Shown: piece after piece, positions 38,850-53,385 of the stretch
Layout of the letters: each line of letters begins with the position of its first letter
How positions within the stretch are numbered: position 1 is the first letter of the stretch
Source: Eledone cirrhosa
Lineage: Eukaryota
NCBI GenBank assembly: GCA_964016885.1
Contig: OZ024749.1
Location: 35,402,001-35,466,000 of the forward strand
Direction: 5' to 3'
DNA length: 64,000 bases
Made by a program: the position numbers and the translations under genes
Notes under the pieces: model-generated
Told to the model about the DNA's origin: nothing
The model's database searches: none
What the model saw: the letters and a program-made list of their open reading frames with translations, nothing else

Positions 38850-39395
38850 TTTTATTGTTGTTGTTGTTAGTATTGTTGTTGTTTGTATTGTTGTTGTAGT
38901 TGTTATTGTTACTGTATTACCAGCACCACCATTATTACCTCCCCCATCATTACCACCTACCATCACTACCACCAACACTACCACCACTACCACCACCACC
39001 ACCACCACCACTACTACCAACATCATCATTACCATCACTACCACCATCATCACTACCACCACCACCACCACTACTACCAACATCATCATTACCATCAACA
39101 CCACCATCATCATTACCACCACTACCACCATCACCACTACTGCCACCACCACTACCACCACTATCATTACCAACACCCTCCACCATTACAACCACTACCA
39201 CCATCATTACCAGCACTGGCACTACCATCACCACTATTACCACTGCAATCAATACCAGCCCCAGCACTACCACCACCACTACCCCATTACCACCACCACC
39301 ACCACCATTATTAGCACCACCATCATTACCAGCCACAGCTCCACCACAACCACTACCACCTCACCATTACCATCACCATCACAACCACCACCAGT
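38850..39395. repeat. (GTT)n and (CAC/CAT/TAC)n low-complexity tract
   Basis: Direct reading. Confidence 0.9.
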
Positions 39396-40196
39396 GCAAC
39401 AGATAGAGACATTCTGTTATTTACTGTGTCATCAAGGGACATAATTTCTTATTAATATTTCCTCAACAGAGGGCGGTAGGTTAGCAGAATCGTTAGACAA
39501 GCGTCAGACAAAGGGTGTATTAAGTTACGGCCCTTTACGTTCTGAGTTGAAATCTGTTTGCCTTTCATCCTCCGGGGGGGATCAACATAACAAAGTGCCA
39601 GTCAAATACTGGAGTTGATTTAATCAACTATACCCCCTCCACACCATCACCACCACCTTCATCACTGCACCACCACCACCACCCTCACCATCATCATGAT
39701 AACCACTGCTACACACCCTAACCACCACTACTACCTCCTGCCAAAAAAATAGCCAAATCTGTGGCCTTGTTCCAAAGTTTTAAAATCAATATTTTCTCAT
39801 CTGGGATTAACTGGCAGAACACAGAAGAGCATTACAATAGTTTGCTCTTTCTCTCTTCCTTTCTCTCTATCTATCTCTCTTTTCTCACTATTTTGAGTTC
39901 AATTCCTGGCCCTGTTAACTTTAAGTTTGAAAACATAAGTAGCAGTAACATGTAGAGATCAGATACGTCAGCCATAATAACCTCCCCTTATATAAACTGA
40001 GCTTGCAACTGAAGGAGAAATAATTATTACGTGAAGAGGAGAAAAACTTTTGGTTGAATTTGTTTGAAATCTCATGTACAATGCTCTTCCTAAAACATAG
40101 GCAGTAATTTATTGGTAATTTTCAAGGTCAGTGCTACCGTTAAAGGTAACTAGGCAGCTACCAGGGGTGCAGGCCTCAGAGATGTACATTATTGAA

Positions 40197-40385
40197 CGGT
40201 GGATTGGCAGTATCGGTAGAGGGTCGGACGCCATGCTTTCCAGCATAGTTACGTCCCTTTACGATCTGAGTTCAAATCCCGCCAAGGTTGACTTTGCCTT
40301 TCATCCTTACGGGGTCGATAAAATAAAGTACCAGTAATGCACTGGGTAATTGCTGGCCTTGTGCCTAAAGTAGAAACAATTATTG
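40197..40385 (+). mobile_element. SINE family 2 with TSD ATTATTGAAC
   Basis: Full head-to-tail match; ATTATTGAAC on both sides. Confidence 0.92.
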
Positions 40386-41221
40386 AACCTAAACCCTTTA
40401 GCATTTAAAATGGCTGTATCCGGCCAGAATTCTCTCACCTCTTTCTGTTCAAACCAGCTATAATCGGCCATTCATACCAATGTTAAGGTATTGTTCTCAA
40501 AATAAATAATATCGAAATATAGATTTAATATTATGTGAGGTAATTATATGAGGTAAAGCCTTTCTTGTGAAAATATAAGTTGAAATAATTTTGGTGGGAA
40601 GAAAGGGGTACATAACTAGGAGAAGGAGGTGTACACTGCAGGGCTAACCTAGGGTATTAACTACCTCGAGCTAGCCAAGGGTACTAACTACCAAGGTGCC
40701 AGTCTTGGTCATAAGATAGTAAGACAAAATGCTTTGTAATATTTGTTTCAGCTTCCAGCAATCTTGAATTCAAAATCTACTTTTATCAACTTTGTCTTTT
40801 TTCCCTTCTGAGAGTCAATAATACAAATTAGCCCTCAACCCTTCCAAAGAGTAGATTGGCTCAATTGTACTGGATCTTTGAATTCTGAGTTCAAATCTGG
40901 CTGTGGCTTACATGGTGGTTAATAGACTTAATCTGTTGTCCTGGTTTAATACTACCACCTGGTCCTTGGGTGCTTTTAGCAGAGTCGACTTAGCTGTAAC
41001 CATTTAGGAATCTTGTCTATGATTTGAGGATGGCTTCCTGTCTACTTCTGATCAGTCATGGAGGCTCTGAAGAGAATCATGTGTGTTACCTTCTACTTCC
41101 TGACTCAATGGTAAAAAGAAAAAATACAAATATCCTTATCTCTCAGACAATTGTACTGGGATACTCACTCTATATAATATGAGGGTACAGTATCAAGTAA
41201 TGCTATTTTCTGTATGTTATG

Positions 41222-41408
41222 CAGTGGATTTGCAGTATCGGTAGAGGGTCGGATGCCATGCTTTCCAGCATAGTTACGTCCCTTTACGATCTGAGTTCAA
41301 ATCCCGCTGAGGTTGACTTTGCCTTTCATCCTTACAGGGTCGATAAAATAAAGTACCAGTAATGCACTGCGTAATTGCTGGCCTTGTGCCTAAAGTAGAA
41401 ACAGTTAT
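41222..41408 (+). mobile_element. SINE family 2
   Basis: Full-length match to the other copies. Confidence 0.9.
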
Positions 41409-42187
41409 GTATATATGGAAGTCCTATGGTACTCTATATAATATATGTGTGCTTTACTTAGCAGTGGTATTTTCTCTATGTTGTAAATATATGTAAGTCC
41501 TGGTATACTCTATATAATATGTGTGCAGTACCAAGCAATGTTATTTTATATATGTTGTATATAAATATATATATATATATATATAAATGTAAATCCAGGG
41601 GTTTTACTTATGTGCTTGTCTGTGGGTTTAACTGCTTTTTAACCCTTCCCAGAGCACCTATTATTATAGGGATTGTTTCTGTTTTCATCATCCACATTCA
41701 GATTATTATTAAAAGAAATTTATAATCATCATCATCTTCTTCACCACTACCATCACTATCATCATCACCATTCTTCTTCTTCTTCTTCTTCTTCTTCTCA
41801 TTATCATGTTCTCTCGTTTATGACAAAACTGCCCTGAGGGGCTGAGGTTGGGGAGTTGTGGGGTCTATTAGTTAGTAGAAGCCCATTGCTAGAATACAAT
41901 CAACTTCAAAGGTACCAGAGATTGGTGCGGAAGTCCCAGGAGAAGGTAGAATTTAGGTTTCCATCAAGAATTTGGTAAAAAGGAAAAAAAAAAACCAAAA
42001 AAAAACCAGAAACAACGATTATATCAATCAATAATTAATCATGAACAAAAAGCAAGGTAAAAATTATAGATTTTACAGGAACAACATTTCTGTGAAATGA
42101 CACAGCGGAGTTGAATCTGATTGAAAGAGACCCCAGGTGGTTATATGTATATTCATATATATATCATCATCATCATATATATATATA

Positions 42188-42222
<35 letters not shown>

Positions 42223-42228
42223 ATATAT

Positions 42229-42289
<61 letters not shown>

Positions 42290-42291
<2 letters not shown>

Positions 42292-42480
42292 GTTATTCCG
42301 GGTTGAATCAGAGGTAACCACAGTAAGTAAGGTACTCAATACATTGCAGAGTATAAAAGTTTTAATATAGATGAGATTCTACAGGACTACAACTGTTTCA
42401 TTCTTTAGAAATCATCAGGAATCCTGTTGATTTCTAAAGAATGAAACAGTTCTAGTCCTGTAGAATCTCATCTATATTAA

Positions 42481-42485
<5 letters not shown>
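42290..42485. mobile_element. Fold-back element, family C; intact hammerhead motif on minus (42374-42424), plus-strand core mutated (CTGTTGA)
   Basis: Minus strand: GGATTC-CTGATGA-TTTCTAAAGAAT-GAAA-CAG/ttgtagtc/CTG-TA^GAATCT. Confidence 0.75.
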
Positions 42486-42549
<64 letters not shown>

Positions 42550-42904
42550 TATATATATATATATATATATTCATATATATATATATATATATATATAACC
42601 GCATCCACACACTATCATACCCCCCCCCCACACACACTATATTGGGGGTGATGCTAGAGATGGTGATGTAGTGATAGTGAAGGTGGTGATGGTGATGTGG
42701 TGTTGATGATGTTTGTTGTGGTGATGGTATTGTTGTTGTTGGTGGTGGTGGTGCAGGTGGAGAACAGATAGCTTAGTATTTCTGTCACTCCCACAGTGAT
42801 AATATAATCATACATTAAACCCTTTGGCTACAAATGATAGAGAAGAACAGAGAACAGAAAGTTACTGTTCGAATAAGATTTATTTATTATCATTATTACA
42901 ATTA

Positions 42905-43735
42905 GGTGGATTGGCAGTATCGGTAGAGGGTCGGACGCCATGCTTTCCAGCATAGAGTTACGTTCCTTTACGATCTGAGTTCAAATCCCGCCGAGGTTAA
43001 CTTTGCCTTTCATCCTTACGGGGTCGATAAAATAAAGTACCAGTAATGCACTGGGTAATTGCTGGCCTTGTGCCTAAAGTAGAAACAATTATTACAATTA
43101 GGTGGATTGGCAGTGTCGGTAGAGGGTCAGACGCCATGCTTCGACGTATAGAGTTACGGCCCTTGCCATTCTGATTTCAAATCCCGCCGAGGTTAACTTT
43201 GCCTTTCATCCTTACGGCATCGATAAAATAAAGTACCAGTAATGTACTGGGTTATTACTGGCCTTGTGCCAAAAGTAGAAACAATTATTACAATTAGCAA
43301 AAGGGCGTTGGTTTGGCAGTATCGTTAGAGGGTCGGACGACATGCTGTGCAGCATAGAGTTACGGCCCTTTATGATCTGAGTTCAAATCGTGCTGAGGTT
43401 AACTTTGCCGTTCATCCTTACAGGGTCGATAAAATAAAGTACCAATCACGCACTGGGGTCGATTTAATGGACTTTCCCCTCCCCCCAAATTGTTGGCCTT
43501 GTGCCTATATAAAAAAACCATTATTACAATCAGAATAGGGCGTTGGATTGGCATTATCGGTGGAGGGTCAGACGCCATGCTTTCCAGCATAGTTACGTCC
43601 CTTTACGATCTGAGTTCAAATCCCACCGAGGTTGACTTTGCCTTTCATCCTTACGGGGTCGATAAAATAAAGTACCAGTAATGTACTGGGTAATTGCTGG
43701 CCTTGTGCCTAAAGTAGAAACAATTATTACAATCA
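42905..43735 (+). mobile_element. Four head-to-tail SINE family 2 copies
   Basis: Separated by repeated ATTATTACAAT(T/C)AG; the copies differ in diagnostic bases. Confidence 0.92.
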
Positions 43736-43930
43736 GCAATGAAGAAGACAAGTGGCTAAGTGGTTAGAGTATTAAGCTTGATTACAAGGTTGTATGTTTG
43801 ATTCCCTGTGGCTGTTGTATGTTAAACACTGTGGTCGGATTTTACCCCTCTCTCTCACTCTCATTAGAATGCTGTTGAAGTGTGTATACATTTTGAGGGG
43901 GCACCCTGTGTGTATATATATATATATATA

Positions 43931-44561
43931 GATGTTGTTTACTCGTTGGTATGGTCACGTGATGCGCATGAAAGACGACAGCTATATAAAAAAAAGTGCA
44001 GGGCAATAAAAATAGACGGTAGCCACGGAGTAGGCAGACCCAGAAAAACCTGGGACGACTTGATAAATTCCGACCTCACACACTTACACCTCTCCAAGAC
44101 AATGTCACTGGACCGAGAGCTTTGGCGCTACACAGTAATAGAGAAGACCCGCCTTACCTAAATACAAAGTAAAACCTACTACAGTTAGTAGGCACCTCTA
44201 ACAAAATACACCCCGTCCCACTACCCCCACCCCATCCACACCACCCCTTTCAATGTAAAGTTATGTTGGTACCACAATATCCAGGCCGAAACAAATGAGG
44301 TCGTGTAGGTGTCACGACAAAAATAACACACAGTCCACGCTGTAATGTGGGCGTGTAGGTAACACGGTAAAAACCTCCCAGTTCCACACTGTAAATGTGG
44401 TTGGTGTTAGGAAGGGCATCCAGCTGTAGAAAACCCGCCAGACAGTCCTATGCGAGCAAGACAACCACTCTTGCCTCAAGTGGGAAAACTCCCGTCCAAA
44501 TCTATGCAAACGTGGAATATGGACGTTAAACGATAATGATGATGATGATGTTGATGATGAT
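43931..44561 (+). mobile_element. RTE LINE, 5'-truncated
   Basis: [29 protein letters not shown]...EKTRLT*, then 3' UTR and (ATG)n tail. Confidence 0.9.
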
Positions 44562-45183
44562 ATAGATGTTAATTACTGTGTTGTTTATTTGTAGGAGTGT
44601 TTTGTGATGTCTTGTTGATAAACAGGTGTAAACAGGTAAGAACACTCTACATCTGTTGTATCTATCCAGCATAAAGGTGGCAATCAAATATAATGGAGTT
44701 ATATTACCTTTTGTACTATATTACCCTTTGTACTATACATACACTTTTGATGAGTTGTAGTGTACCTGAACACTTTACACAATATTTTCATTATTATTAT
44801 TATTATTATTAATATTAAGACAGATGTTACATAATTGTATTTATTGGATTATACATATAACCCAATATATCTATATGATTGTGTAACATCTGTCAATGCT
44901 TATTTCACACACACATATATATATATATATAATAGAAAAACCCAACCCAAACCAAAGAGTGAGTGTACTCTGTTATTATTTCTGGCAATATTATAACAAT
45001 ATGACCCTCCCCCAAGTATAACAATATATATATATATATATGCATACATTCATACATACATTCATACATACATACATCCATCCATACATACATTCATACA
45101 TACATTCATACATATTTATATATCTATATATATATACATACATATATATAAGTATATATATACATATATACATATATACATAC

Positions 45184-45216
<33 letters not shown>

Positions 45217-45520
45217 CATACATACATACATATATATATAAAGGTCCAATGATCTGAAGGAGTGTCCCAGTGGAAGTTCATATAAAATCAGGGGAAATCC
45301 AGTTCCATAGTGAAGAACAAAGATAAAAATCCAACAGCTTTGAGGTGTCCATGTAAATGGAAGAAACCAGGTGGACCATAACGCACCAGAGTACTCAATA
45401 CTTAGTGTAGTAGAGTAGGTAATAGGTTCAGATCTAGCTGTCGAAATGGTTGGAGCTGACCCATTGGGGTCCTGACTCTTTTCCTATATATATATGTGTG
45501 TGTTTATACATATATATATA

Positions 45521-45920
45521 TAAGTTAAGAGGTCATGCACTGAATGGCATACACACACCAGCAACATTTTTCAATCATTTCTAATTCACCTCTTAGTTAG
45601 AGATAGAGAACAAAAGACCCTTGAGCAGTAATCATTTTTTGCCACTCACAAAAGAAATAAGATAATTTCAACACATGAAGAATTAATCTCAGAAAATACA
45701 TTTTCATGCTTTGAGGAAAAATCAGATTTTCCCCAAAGCATATAGATTAAATTTATTATGAAATTAATTCTTGATTTCCTGAATGTATTGCTCTTTTTCT
45801 GTGAGATTTGCTATAATAATTGCTGCTAGGTTTATGCTTTCTATCTCCAACTAAGTAGCAAATTTCAATTAATTGAGAATTTATTTTCGTGTTTTATGTC
45901 TGTCATCTCGTGCATAACTT
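45521..45920. mobile_element. Old degenerate fold-back MITE
   Basis: Patchy inverted matches (AAGTTA..GCAC..ATGGCA / TGTCATCTCGTGCATAACTT; TTAGTTAGAGATAGA / TCTATCTCCAACTAA). Confidence 0.45.
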
Positions 45921-46499
45921 TTTATTTCAATTTATAGCATTAGTATAGTTATATGATTATGAATGCATAAATACAAGATGGATTCCACCGGGTGGTGGCC
46001 ATATTGAGTGATACACCAGAAGAAATGTTCCCAGTTTCAAAATTTCTCCAATTCATCATTTTCCAGATGATATTACTAATCAACAGAGAATAAACAATGA
46101 GTAATTACTAATTAACAAATATAATCCATATTTAAATGTTTAGGTATAAAACATATACTTCCAAAAACTTGTGTAATAAGTCATGTAACCATTTCTACGA
46201 TTCTTACAACATTATATCATAACCTATAGCTGTATATCATAGTGTTCTGTCATAATTGTGTGTCATAGCATTCTATGATAGTAGTATTCTATCCTAGCAT
46301 TCTGTCAAACTGCTCTGTCGTAAGAGTCTGTGATAGCATTCTATCAGAGTATTGGTGCATCACAATGTAAAGGACCCTAACGATAGCTGATCACTATAAA
46401 TAATTACCTTGGGTTGGGTTGCCACAATGAAATGCACTCAGTCCACTTTTTTCCATCTCCAGCGGTATTTACCCAATTTTCTCAATTATTATTTATAGT

Positions 46500-46592
46500 G
46501 ATTTGCCTTTCATCCTTACGGGGTCGATAAAATAAAGTACCAGTAATGCACTGGGTAATTGCTGGCCTTGTGCCTAAAGTAGAAACAATTAT
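46500..46592 (+). mobile_element. SINE family 2, 3' half
   Basis: Flanked by repeated ATTATTTATAGTGATT. Confidence 0.88.
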
Positions 46593-46891
46593 TTATAGTG
46601 ATTTTCAACCAATTATTATTTATAGTGATTGACTGATTTTATGATCTTTGACTTTGGGATGCACACATTAGAAATATATATATATATCATCATCATCATC
46701 ATCATCTTCGTTTAACGTCCATTTTTCACGCTAGCATGGGTTAGACATATAATATAAGTATGATGATGATAATGGGAATAGTTATATATAAAAAGCAAAG
46801 ACCCTCTTTGATCATTAATGATCATGAGACTTACAACCTTCTGATTGCAAGCCCAACACTCTAATCACCAAGCCATGCGCCTATATATATA

Positions 46892-47289
46892 TCATCATCA
46901 TCATCATTTTATGTCCGCTTTTCCCTGCTTGCAAGGGTGGGATGGGTCTTATTCAGCACAGCATCTCTCCACTTGTCACGGTCCTTCGTCATCTCCACCA
47001 TGAGCTTCAGCGATCTGAGGTCTGTTCTCACCACCTCCGCCCATGTTTTTCATGGTCTACCTCTACCACGTCTTCCTTCAACTGGCATTTCCTGGCACTT
47101 CTTCACCCATCGGTCATCCTCCATGCGCATCACATGTCCATACCACCTCAGTCTTCTCTCTCGCACACTACATTCTATCCATCTCAGACACAGTTTCTCT
47201 CTCAACACATTCATGCACATTGACATTGCACATCCAGCGGAGCATGCTTGCCTCATTTCTCTCCAGCCGTCGCATATCCTCTGCCATTG

Positions 47290-47290
<1 letters not shown>
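46892..47290 (-). mobile_element. RTE LINE, second subfamily with a short 3' UTR
   Basis: ERRLRWYGHVMRMEDDRWVKKCQEMPVEGRRGRGRP; tail CCCACCCTTGCAAGCAGGGAAAAGCGGAC-(ATG)n. Confidence 0.9.
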
Positions 47291-47334
<44 letters not shown>

Positions 47335-47523
47335 TATATATATATATATATATAAAATCAGGAAGAATTCAGTTTGAAACCGGTTAGATTATTACTCAAC
47401 AGAGTACTTGATACTTGGGGTAGTAGAGTATGGTTATATTATAAAGAGTTAGGACCCCATCTGGAACTAGCTGTTGAAATGGCAAGAGCTCAGCTGTCGG
47501 GCTCCCGATTCTTTACAATATAT

Positions 47524-47617
<94 letters not shown>

Positions 47618-48007
47618 AAGACACAGGGTAGCAAAGATATTAATTAAGAAAGTCACAGAATATGTGACTAAAGCTTTGTCAGTTAAATATGTTAATTAAA
47701 TAACCATTTGGAGACCAAACTAATTAAAGAATAGATCACATACCTGACTGTTAATATTACCAAAATGGAACTCAAACAGTGTGTGCCTTTTTACTGGCAG
47801 CATCATCCTCCCAAAGTATTTTATATATATATAACGAAGGAAGTGTTGTAAGGAACCAGGTGGACCATAACGCACCAGAGTACTCAATACTTAGGGTAGT
47901 AGAGTGGGTAAGAGGAAAATATTCAAGACCCTGATGGCACACACACACACACACACACACATATAAATATATATATATATATGTGTGTGTATGCATGTGT
48001 ATATGTA

Positions 48008-48912
48008 TCATCATCATCATCATCATCATCAGGTTTAGCGTCCGTGTTCCACGCTTGCATGGGTTTGGATGGGGGTTTTCCCACTTGAGGCAAGAGTGGT
48101 TGTCTTGCTCGCATAGGACTGTCTGGCGGGTTTTCTACAGTTGGATGCCCTTCCTAACACCAACTACATTTACAGTGTGGGGCTGGGAGGTTTTTACCGT
48201 GTTGCCTACACGGCCACATTACAGCGTGGACTGTCTGGCGGGTTTTCTACAGCTGGATGCCCTTCCTAACACCAACCACATTTACAGTGTGGGGCTGGGA
48301 GGTTTTTACCGTGTTGCCTACACGGCCACATTTACAGCGTGGACTGTGTGTTTTTTGTCGTGACACCTACACGATCTCATTTGTTTCGGCCTGGATGTTG
48401 TGGGACCAACATAACTTTACATTGAAAGGGGCGGTGTGGATGGGGTGGAGGTGGTGGGACGGGGGGGTGTTTTGATAGAGATGCCTACTGACTGTAGTAG
48501 GTTTTTACTTTGTATTTAGGTAAGGCGGGTCTTCTCTATTACTGAGTACCGCCAAAGGTCTCGGTCCAGTGACATTGTCTTGGAGAGGTGTAAGCGTGTG
48601 AGGTCGGAATTTATCAGCTCGTCCCATGTTTTCCTGGGTCTGCCTACTCCGTGGCTACCGTCTATCTTTATTGCCCTGCACTTTGTTATACAGCTGTCGT
48701 CTTTCATGCGCATCATGTGACCGCACCAACGTAGCCTTCTCTCGAGTAAACAACATCTGATCCCTCTTATTTCTAATTTTTTCCTTAGTTCGTTTATGCT
48801 TTGCCATTCACGTACATTACTATTGCACATCCAGCGGAGCATGCAAGCTTCGTTCCTCTCTAGTCTGCGTATATCCTCTGCACACAATGCCCAGGTCTCA
48901 CTGCCATGCAAT
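48008..48912 (-). mobile_element. RTE LINE, 5'-truncated at HGSETW
   Basis: [28 protein letters not shown]...RLRWCGHMMRM...GRPRKTW; ~113-bp duplication in the 3' UTR; (CAT)n tail. Confidence 0.92.
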
Positions 48913-50744
48913 GCATATATATATATTTATATGTATATGTATATATATGTATATACATATATATGTGTATATGTATATATATGTGTGTGTATATATATAT
49001 ATGTGTGTGTGTGTGTATATATATATATATGTATAAATATACAATATACATATACAATTTGAATTATATATATAATATTTTCTTTCAAAATGTAAAAAAT
49101 AAACCAATAATTCAAGAAAACCAAGGATTACACTATAACTTCATATATTGGTATATATATATATATATATATATATATGCATGTATGTATGTTTATATAT
49201 ATATATATATATATCAAGGGAAAAGAAATGTAGAGATCATGAAGGAAATAATAAGTGATGAGGAATTGAAGTAGGTTCTTAGATAGGAAATTCTCCAAGA
49301 TGCGTGTAGATGTTTGAAGAAGCCATATTTATAGAGCAGTGATTGCTGTGTTAAGATGGAGGCTGTACCTAACTCACCACTTAAGTACACAATGATTTCT
49401 GACCTGCGTCATTGTAATAATTCGCAATGGAAATTGAAAAAAATTGAGCAAATATGTATTTCTAATATTTAATATTGAAATAAAAACAAAAACATAGCTG
49501 ATAACATTCAATTTTCATTGAGAATAAAGCAAGTAAAATGTAATAATGAAGAGATGGAATTCTGACATTTTCAGTGAATCTCAGATGCTTACATATTCAA
49601 TAACTGTCAGATATATCTTGAAGGAAATAAAATACCTTGTGAAGATGAGTTATAGAAAGGAGAGAAATTTATTTTGTTCTTTTACATCTCAATTTTTTCT
49701 ATGATATTGAGATATAGTGATATAAAAATAGAGAAATACAGTAATATAGTAACATAGTATTAGGGTTGATTCTTCTTCTATATCTCTTTCTCACTTTCAC
49801 TCTCTCATTCTCTATCATTCTCTGGAAGAAATCTGCTGTTTTTAGACATGGAGAGGAGATGGTTTCTGCCAGGCTTTAAAAAATGGCCCAGAAATGCCAT
49901 ATACGACTATGGCACCCCTATGTCTCCGGAATTATGGGACCATACTGTAATATAGTAATATAGTAAAATATAGAAATTAATAGTTTCTTTATTCTTATTT
50001 TCTAATGACTCTGACACATTCTTAAAAGGAGCAGCTAGTAGTTATAATGACCGGCCTACTGGTAGAGCATTTATTTCATTGCCAAGACTTTCTTATGTTG
50101 TAACAATGAGGAAGATCATCTTAGGCTGATTTCTATACAGAAAGGGGGTCATTTGGCTAAAGTCTATGCCAGATTGGTCAACATTATCCACCAAATGGAG
50201 AAGAAAATGAAGTTTATAAAGAAGCTTAAAATGGGTTACTTGACATTCTGCACAAACAACTTTAGTATTACAAAGAGAGCTAGTATGTATATCAACATCT
50301 CTAAGATTTCTAAGAGAGCTAGTGTGTATATCAAGACCCCTAAAGATTCCATGAGAGCTAGTGTGTATAAAAGATCCTTAAGGTTTCTAAGAGAGCTAGC
50401 ATGTATATCAAGGTCACTTAGGTTTCCAGGAGAACTAACACCCATAAGAGAGCAGATTTCAAAGCTATCTGTGACTCATTCAACCCTCAAGCCAGAGGTA
50501 CCCATGGTGAACATAGAGAAATATAAAAATTTCTGTTTAAAACCAATTAATGATTACATCATCATCATCGTTATTCTCGTCGTCATTGTTTAATGTCCAT
50601 TTTCCCGTGGGGTAGACCTTTAAAATTTCCTATGGAATAAATCAGATACAATGGCTGTGTGGTTAAGGTGTTTGCTTCCCATCCAACTGGTTCTGAGCTC
50701 AGTCTTATACACTGTAATGTTGCATATTGTCATCTGTATACTGT

Positions 50745-52885
50745 GATCTGTATATTGTATATTGTATATTGTATATTGTATCCTGTATATTGTATATTGT
50801 ATACTATATATTGTATAGTATATACTGTATATTGTATATTGTATCTTGTATATTGTATATTATATATTATATACTATATGTTGTATATTATATATTGTAT
50901 ACTGTTTACTGTATATTGTATACTGTATATTGTATACTGTATATTGTATACTGTATATTGTATATTGTATACTGTATACTGTATATTGTATACTATATAT
51001 TGTATATTATATAATGTATATTGTATATTGTATGCTGTATACTATATATTGTAAACTGTATACAATATATATTGTATACTGTATAGTGTATGCTGTATAT
51101 TGTATACTGTATATTGTATATTGTATACTGTATATTGTATACTGTATATTGTATACTGTATATTGTATGCTGTATATTGTATACTGTATATTGTATACTA
51201 TATATTGTATATTATATAATGTATATTGTATATTGTATGCTGTATACTATATATTGTAAACTGTATACAATATATATTGTATACTGTATAGTGTATGCTG
51301 TATATTGTATACTGTATATTGTATATTGTATACTGTATATTGTATACTGTATATTGTATACTGTATATTGTATGCTGTATATTGTATACTGTATATTGTA
51401 TGCTGTATATTGTATACTGTATATTGTATACTGTATATTGTATACTGTATATTGTATACTGTATATTGTATATTGTATACTGTATATTGTATATTGTATA
51501 TTGTATATTGTATACTGTATATTGTATACTGTATATTGTATACTGTATATTGTATGCTGTATATTGTATACTGTATATTGTATACTGTATATTGTAAACT
51601 GTATACAATATATATTGTATACTGTATAATGTATGCTGTATATTGTATACTGTATATTGTATACTGTATACTGTATATTGTATACTGTATATTGTATACT
51701 GTATATTGTATGCTATATATTGTATACTGTATATTGTATACTGTATATTGTATACTGTATATTGTATGCTGTATATTGTATACTGTATATTGTATGCTGT
51801 ATATTGTACACTGTATATTGTATACTGTATATTGTATACTGTATATTGTATATTGTATGCTGTATATTGTATACTGTATATTGTATACTGTATATTGTAA
51901 ACTGTATACAATATATATTGTATACTGTATAATGTATACTGTATATTGTATACTGTATATTGTATACTGTATATTGTATATTGTATACTGTATATTGTAT
52001 ATTGTATATTGTATACTGTATATTGTATATTGTATATTGTATACTGTATATTGTATGCTGTATATTGTATACTGTATATTGTATACTGTATATTGTAAAC
52101 TGTATACAATATATATTGTATACTGTATAATGTATGCTGTATATTGTATATTGTATACTGTATATTGTATACTGTATACTGTATATTGTATACTGTATAT
52201 TGTATACTGTATATTGTATGCTATATATTGTATACTGTATATTGTATACTGTATATTGTATACTGTATAATGTATGCTGTATATTGTATATTGTATACTG
52301 TATATTGTATACTGTATACTGTATATTGTATACTGTATATTGTATACTGTATATTGTATACTGTATATTGTATACTGTATATTGTATACTGTATATTGTA
52401 TACTGTATATTGTATACTGTATATTGTATACTGTATATTGTATACTGTATATTGTATATTGTATACTGTATATTGTATGTTGTATATTGTATACTGTATA
52501 TTGTATACTGTATATTGTATACTGTATATTGTATACTGTATATTGTATATTGTATATTGTATACTGTATATTGTATATTGTATATTGTATATTGTATACT
52601 GTATATTGTATACTGTATATTGTATACTGTATATTGTATACTGTATATTGTATACTGTATATTGTATATTGTATACTGTATATTGTATACTGTATATTGT
52701 ATACTGTATATTGTATACTGTATATTGTATACTGTATATTGTATATTGTATACTGTATATTGTATACTGTATATTGTATACTGTATATTGTATATTGTAT
52801 ACTGTATATTGTATACTGTATATTGTATACTGTATATTGTATACTGTATATTGTATGCTGTATATTGTATGCTGTATATTGTATG
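50745..52885. repeat. Heptamer satellite TGTATAT/TGTATAC/TGTATGC, ~2.1 kb
   Basis: Alternating 7-mers; the marker GTAAACTGTATACAATATA recurs five times. Confidence 0.95.
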
Positions 52886-53181
52886 CTGTGTGTTAGATGT
52901 TATGTATTAGATCCAGTATAGTTTATCCCCTGTGAGTTTGTAATACTGTAAAATTACTGGTTTTGCAGTGAAGTTGGCATATTTCATCAACTTTCAGCCA
53001 AAGATGACATTTTCACCAAATCACCTAAATGAAGATTGACAAAGCTGCTTTAATGCCATAGTGGAATAAAAGTCAGTGCTGACCTTTCTGAATGTTAGTG
53101 GAAGTGAATTATAGATAGACAATGGTGCTCTTCAAACAACACTGGAGACACAAACAGTAAGACATTATTATATCCTAATAA

Positions 53182-53385
53182 AGGGCGGTGGATTGGGTGA
53201 CACATTAGCGCATCTGACAGCATGTCTTGCAGCATAGAGTTACGGCCCTTTAATTTCTGAGTTCAAATCACACAGAGGTTAGCTTTGCCTTTTATCCTTA
53301 TGGGGCCAATAACATAAAATACCAGTAACACACAGATCTATTTAATCGAATTTTTGGACTTGTACCTAAATCCAAAATCATTATC
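53182..53385 (+). mobile_element. SINE family 2, diverged
   Basis: GGGCGGTGGATTGG...GAGTTCAAATC...GCCTTTTATCCTTATGGGG. Confidence 0.8.

Noticed and set aside
50659-52921. YCILY-repeat ORFs
   Set aside because: Heptamer satellite giving the same peptide in all frames.
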